From positions 62,001 through 126,000 of the forward strand of contig PEAD01000005.1 of NCBI GenBank assembly GCA_002753335.1: a stretch of 64,000 nucleotides of DNA, read 5' to 3'. The stretch is from Nitrospirae bacterium MYbin3. GTDB taxonomy: Bacteria; Nitrospirota; Thermodesulfovibrionia; Thermodesulfovibrionales; Dissulfurispiraceae. The translations under genes were made by a program, and so were the position numbers. Position 1 is the stretch's first letter. The number at the start of each line of letters is the position of its first letter. Of this stretch, positions 62,193 through 64,000 are shown in pieces. A model generated the notes under the pieces. The model did not search any database. It saw only the letters and a list, made by a program, of their open reading frames with translations, and had not been told where the DNA came from.

Positions 62193-62437
62193 TGACCAAA
62201 TGCTTCTGAAAGATGCTTATCATGCTTTTCAGAGAGGTCTTTAATACCGGACCTAAAACGTCCAGCTGTAGCTATTGCCCTTTTCATCCTCTCATCCATA
62301 TCAACAATATTCTCAGATTTTACTGTAATATTTATAGACTGCCTGATTAGTTCAGCCATAGATATATGACGAAGAGATGCAACTTTTTTTAACTGGGCTG
62401 CCTGTCCTTCCGTTAGTTGTATCTGGGTTCTAATCAT
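62189..62437 (-). CDS. Ribbon-helix-helix/CopG antitoxin (VapB-like)
   Basis: MIRTQIQL, SMAELIR, DLSEKHDKHL; ATGA overlap with the toxin gene. Confidence 0.82.
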   Translation of the reverse strand: MIRTQIQLTEGQAAQLKKVASLRHISMAELIRQSINITVKSENIVDMDERMKRAIATAGRFRSGIKDLSEKHDKHLSEAFGQ

Positions 62438-62518
62438 AGATACCTCCAGTGATTACATATATGATTAAATGATAACACTATTTCTAAGGATAAGTAAAAA
62501 TTTCAGAACTCAAGTTTA

Positions 62519-63643
62519 TCAAACATTACACACTTTCCCTACAACATCTAAGTATTTACCAATAACAATCCTCTCATCAAACTCCCTCAAAACTTTTTCT
62601 CTTCCCATTTTCCCCATTACTTTTCTTTTTTCTGGCCCCACTTCTATAATTCTAATCATAGCCTCAGCAAGGGACTTCGAATCCTTAATGGGGATTAAAA
62701 AACCGTTAATTTCGTGTTCACATACTTGGCGACAGCCTGGGGTATCGGTAGTAATTATTGGCTTTTCCATCGACATGGCCTCAAGGAGTGATTTAGGGGC
62801 TCCTTCCCTGTATGAAGGAAGAACAATAACATCAACCTGCTTTATAATCTCCTTAACATTATCGGTCTCACCTAAATATTTCAGAACTCCATCATCTTCC
62901 CAGCGCTCCACCGTGCTACTGGGAATAGCTTCAGGATTAGGCACATCCATAAAACCCAAAATCTGAAACTCTACATTATTGTATTTTGATTTGACAATTT
63001 GCGCAGCTTCGGCATATTCCCCAATGCCTTTGTCCCATAACAGTCTTGCCATAAGCAAAAATATTATACGCCCATCCCCCCTGTTGCTAAAATCAGGCGA
63101 AAAAAAAATTGTATCAATACCGGAACCCGGAATCATTTCAGCTAGAGCTTCATTTACAATGCCTTTCCCTACAAAATAATTCAGATCATCATTGTTCTGG
63201 AAGAATATCTTTTTTGACCCACTGAGAGAGAATTTATATAGAAACTCGGCGAATCTTGTCATCAAGTTATCTTTTATAAAAAGAAAACCTAGACCTGAAA
63301 TATTGTTGACAATTGGAATGCTCAAAAAATAAGCCACAATGGAGCAATAAATATTTGGCTTTATGGTATAAGCCAAAACAACATTAGGTTTTTCTGATCT
63401 CAATATCATGTAGAATTCCCAAATAAGCTTAAGGTCTTTTATTATGTTGGTTCCTTTATTGTCTATGAAAATTTCACGATATGCTATTCCATCTTTCCAG
63501 AGCATATCAGAATAGCAATCCCTCGGGGCAAGAGCTAAAACATCGTACCCTTCCTTTTGTAAAGCTCTGATAAGCCGCATCCTGAAGTTGTAAATATTCC
63601 AAGCGGTATTGGAGACTATTATTATTTTATTTTTTTTAAGCAT
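62519..63643 (-). CDS. Glycosyltransferase family 4
   Basis: YTIKPNIY, PGSG, ARLLWDKG, LPSYREG.PKSLLEAM. Confidence 0.9.
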   Translation of the reverse strand: MLKKNKIIIVSNTAWNIYNFRMRLIRALQKEGYDVLALAPRDCYSDMLWKDGIAYREIFIDNKGTNIIKDLKLIWEFYMILRSEKPNVVLAYTIKPNIYCSIVAYFLSIPIVNNISGLGFLFIKDNLMTRFAEFLYKFSLSGSKKIFFQNNDDLNYFVGKGIVNEALAEMIPGSGIDTIFFSPDFSNRGDGRIIFLLMARLLWDKGIGEYAEAAQIVKSKYNNVEFQILGFMDVPNPEAIPSSTVERWEDDGVLKYLGETDNVKEIIKQVDVIVLPSYREGAPKSLLEAMSMEKPIITTDTPGCRQVCEHEINGFLIPIKDSKSLAEAMIRIIEVGPEKRKVMGKMGREKVLREFDERIVIGKYLDVVGKVCNV

Positions 63644-63670
63644 GTACGCAGATCTGATATGAAGGATACC

Positions 63671-63903
63671 AGAGGTGTCCGGCTTTGTTTGGACAGTTTG
63701 AACCGATTTTTAAGTGGCAAACTGCTCTGCCTTATGCCGCTACCTCTATCTTCGGTAGTGTAATCCAGTAAACCTCATTTGGCGTTCTGCCGTCAAGTCC
63801 TTGATGCCGACGCCGACTGTTGTAAAACTCAAAATAAGTTGCAAGCCCACTTCTGGCCTCTACTATAGAAACATAAGCCTTTAGATAAATATCTTCGTAC
63901 TTC
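63671..63903 (-). mobile_element. IS3-family remnant: transposase C-terminus (63732-63903) plus right end
   Basis: Manual translation KYEDIYLKAYVSIVEARSGLATYFEFYNSRRRHQGLDGRTPNEVYW...VAA*, then terminal ...CTGTCCAAACAAAGCCGGACACCTCT. Confidence 0.8.
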
Positions 63904-63906
63904 CAC

Positions 63907-64000
63907 AGAAGTGGTCGGGTTTGTCTGTACAGGCTGAAGCCTATTATAAGTGATAAGCTGTTCTATCATGCTGCCACCTTAATAGATGGCAATGTGCCAT
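63907..64000 (-). mobile_element. Right end of a second, related IS3-family element (partial)
   Basis: ...GTLPSIKVAA* (stop 63966-63968), then ...CTGTACAGACAAACCCGACCACTTCT, similar to the first end. Confidence 0.7.

Overview
Chromosomal window from a moderately AT-rich Gram-negative bacterium; gene content and protein style suggest a Nitrospirota/Thermodesulfovibrionia-like organism (inference only). Core content: 5' end of a Klenow-type polA, icd, thrS-infC-rpmI-rplT-pheST, lolC/E-lolD, glgA, a methylcitrate operon (prpB-prpC-prpD-acnA-ACT-prpE), ampG, tRNA-Ser(GGA)-ffs-dnaX-ybaB-recR-proS, and the distal end of a surface-polysaccharide locus containing a vapBC pair and nested IS3-family ends. 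Main accessory feature: an integrase-less integron cassette array (about 29.36-31.86 kb) with three attC sites, carrying MgtC (nonsense-interrupted), TerC and QueD-like cassettes. Its attI-like entry site directly abuts a dif/XerCD-like 28-mer, and a second XerC-arm plus attI-like unit lies inside the array. Other notable signals: thrS (ATT), infC (ATA) and polA (CTG) appear to use non-canonical starts; a 1.7 kb integrase-less islet at tRNA-Ser carries an apparently leaderless AAA/DUF4143 ATPase; and a DUF748 gene is broken by an apparent microhomology deletion. All calls come from reading the sequence; no database searches were run.
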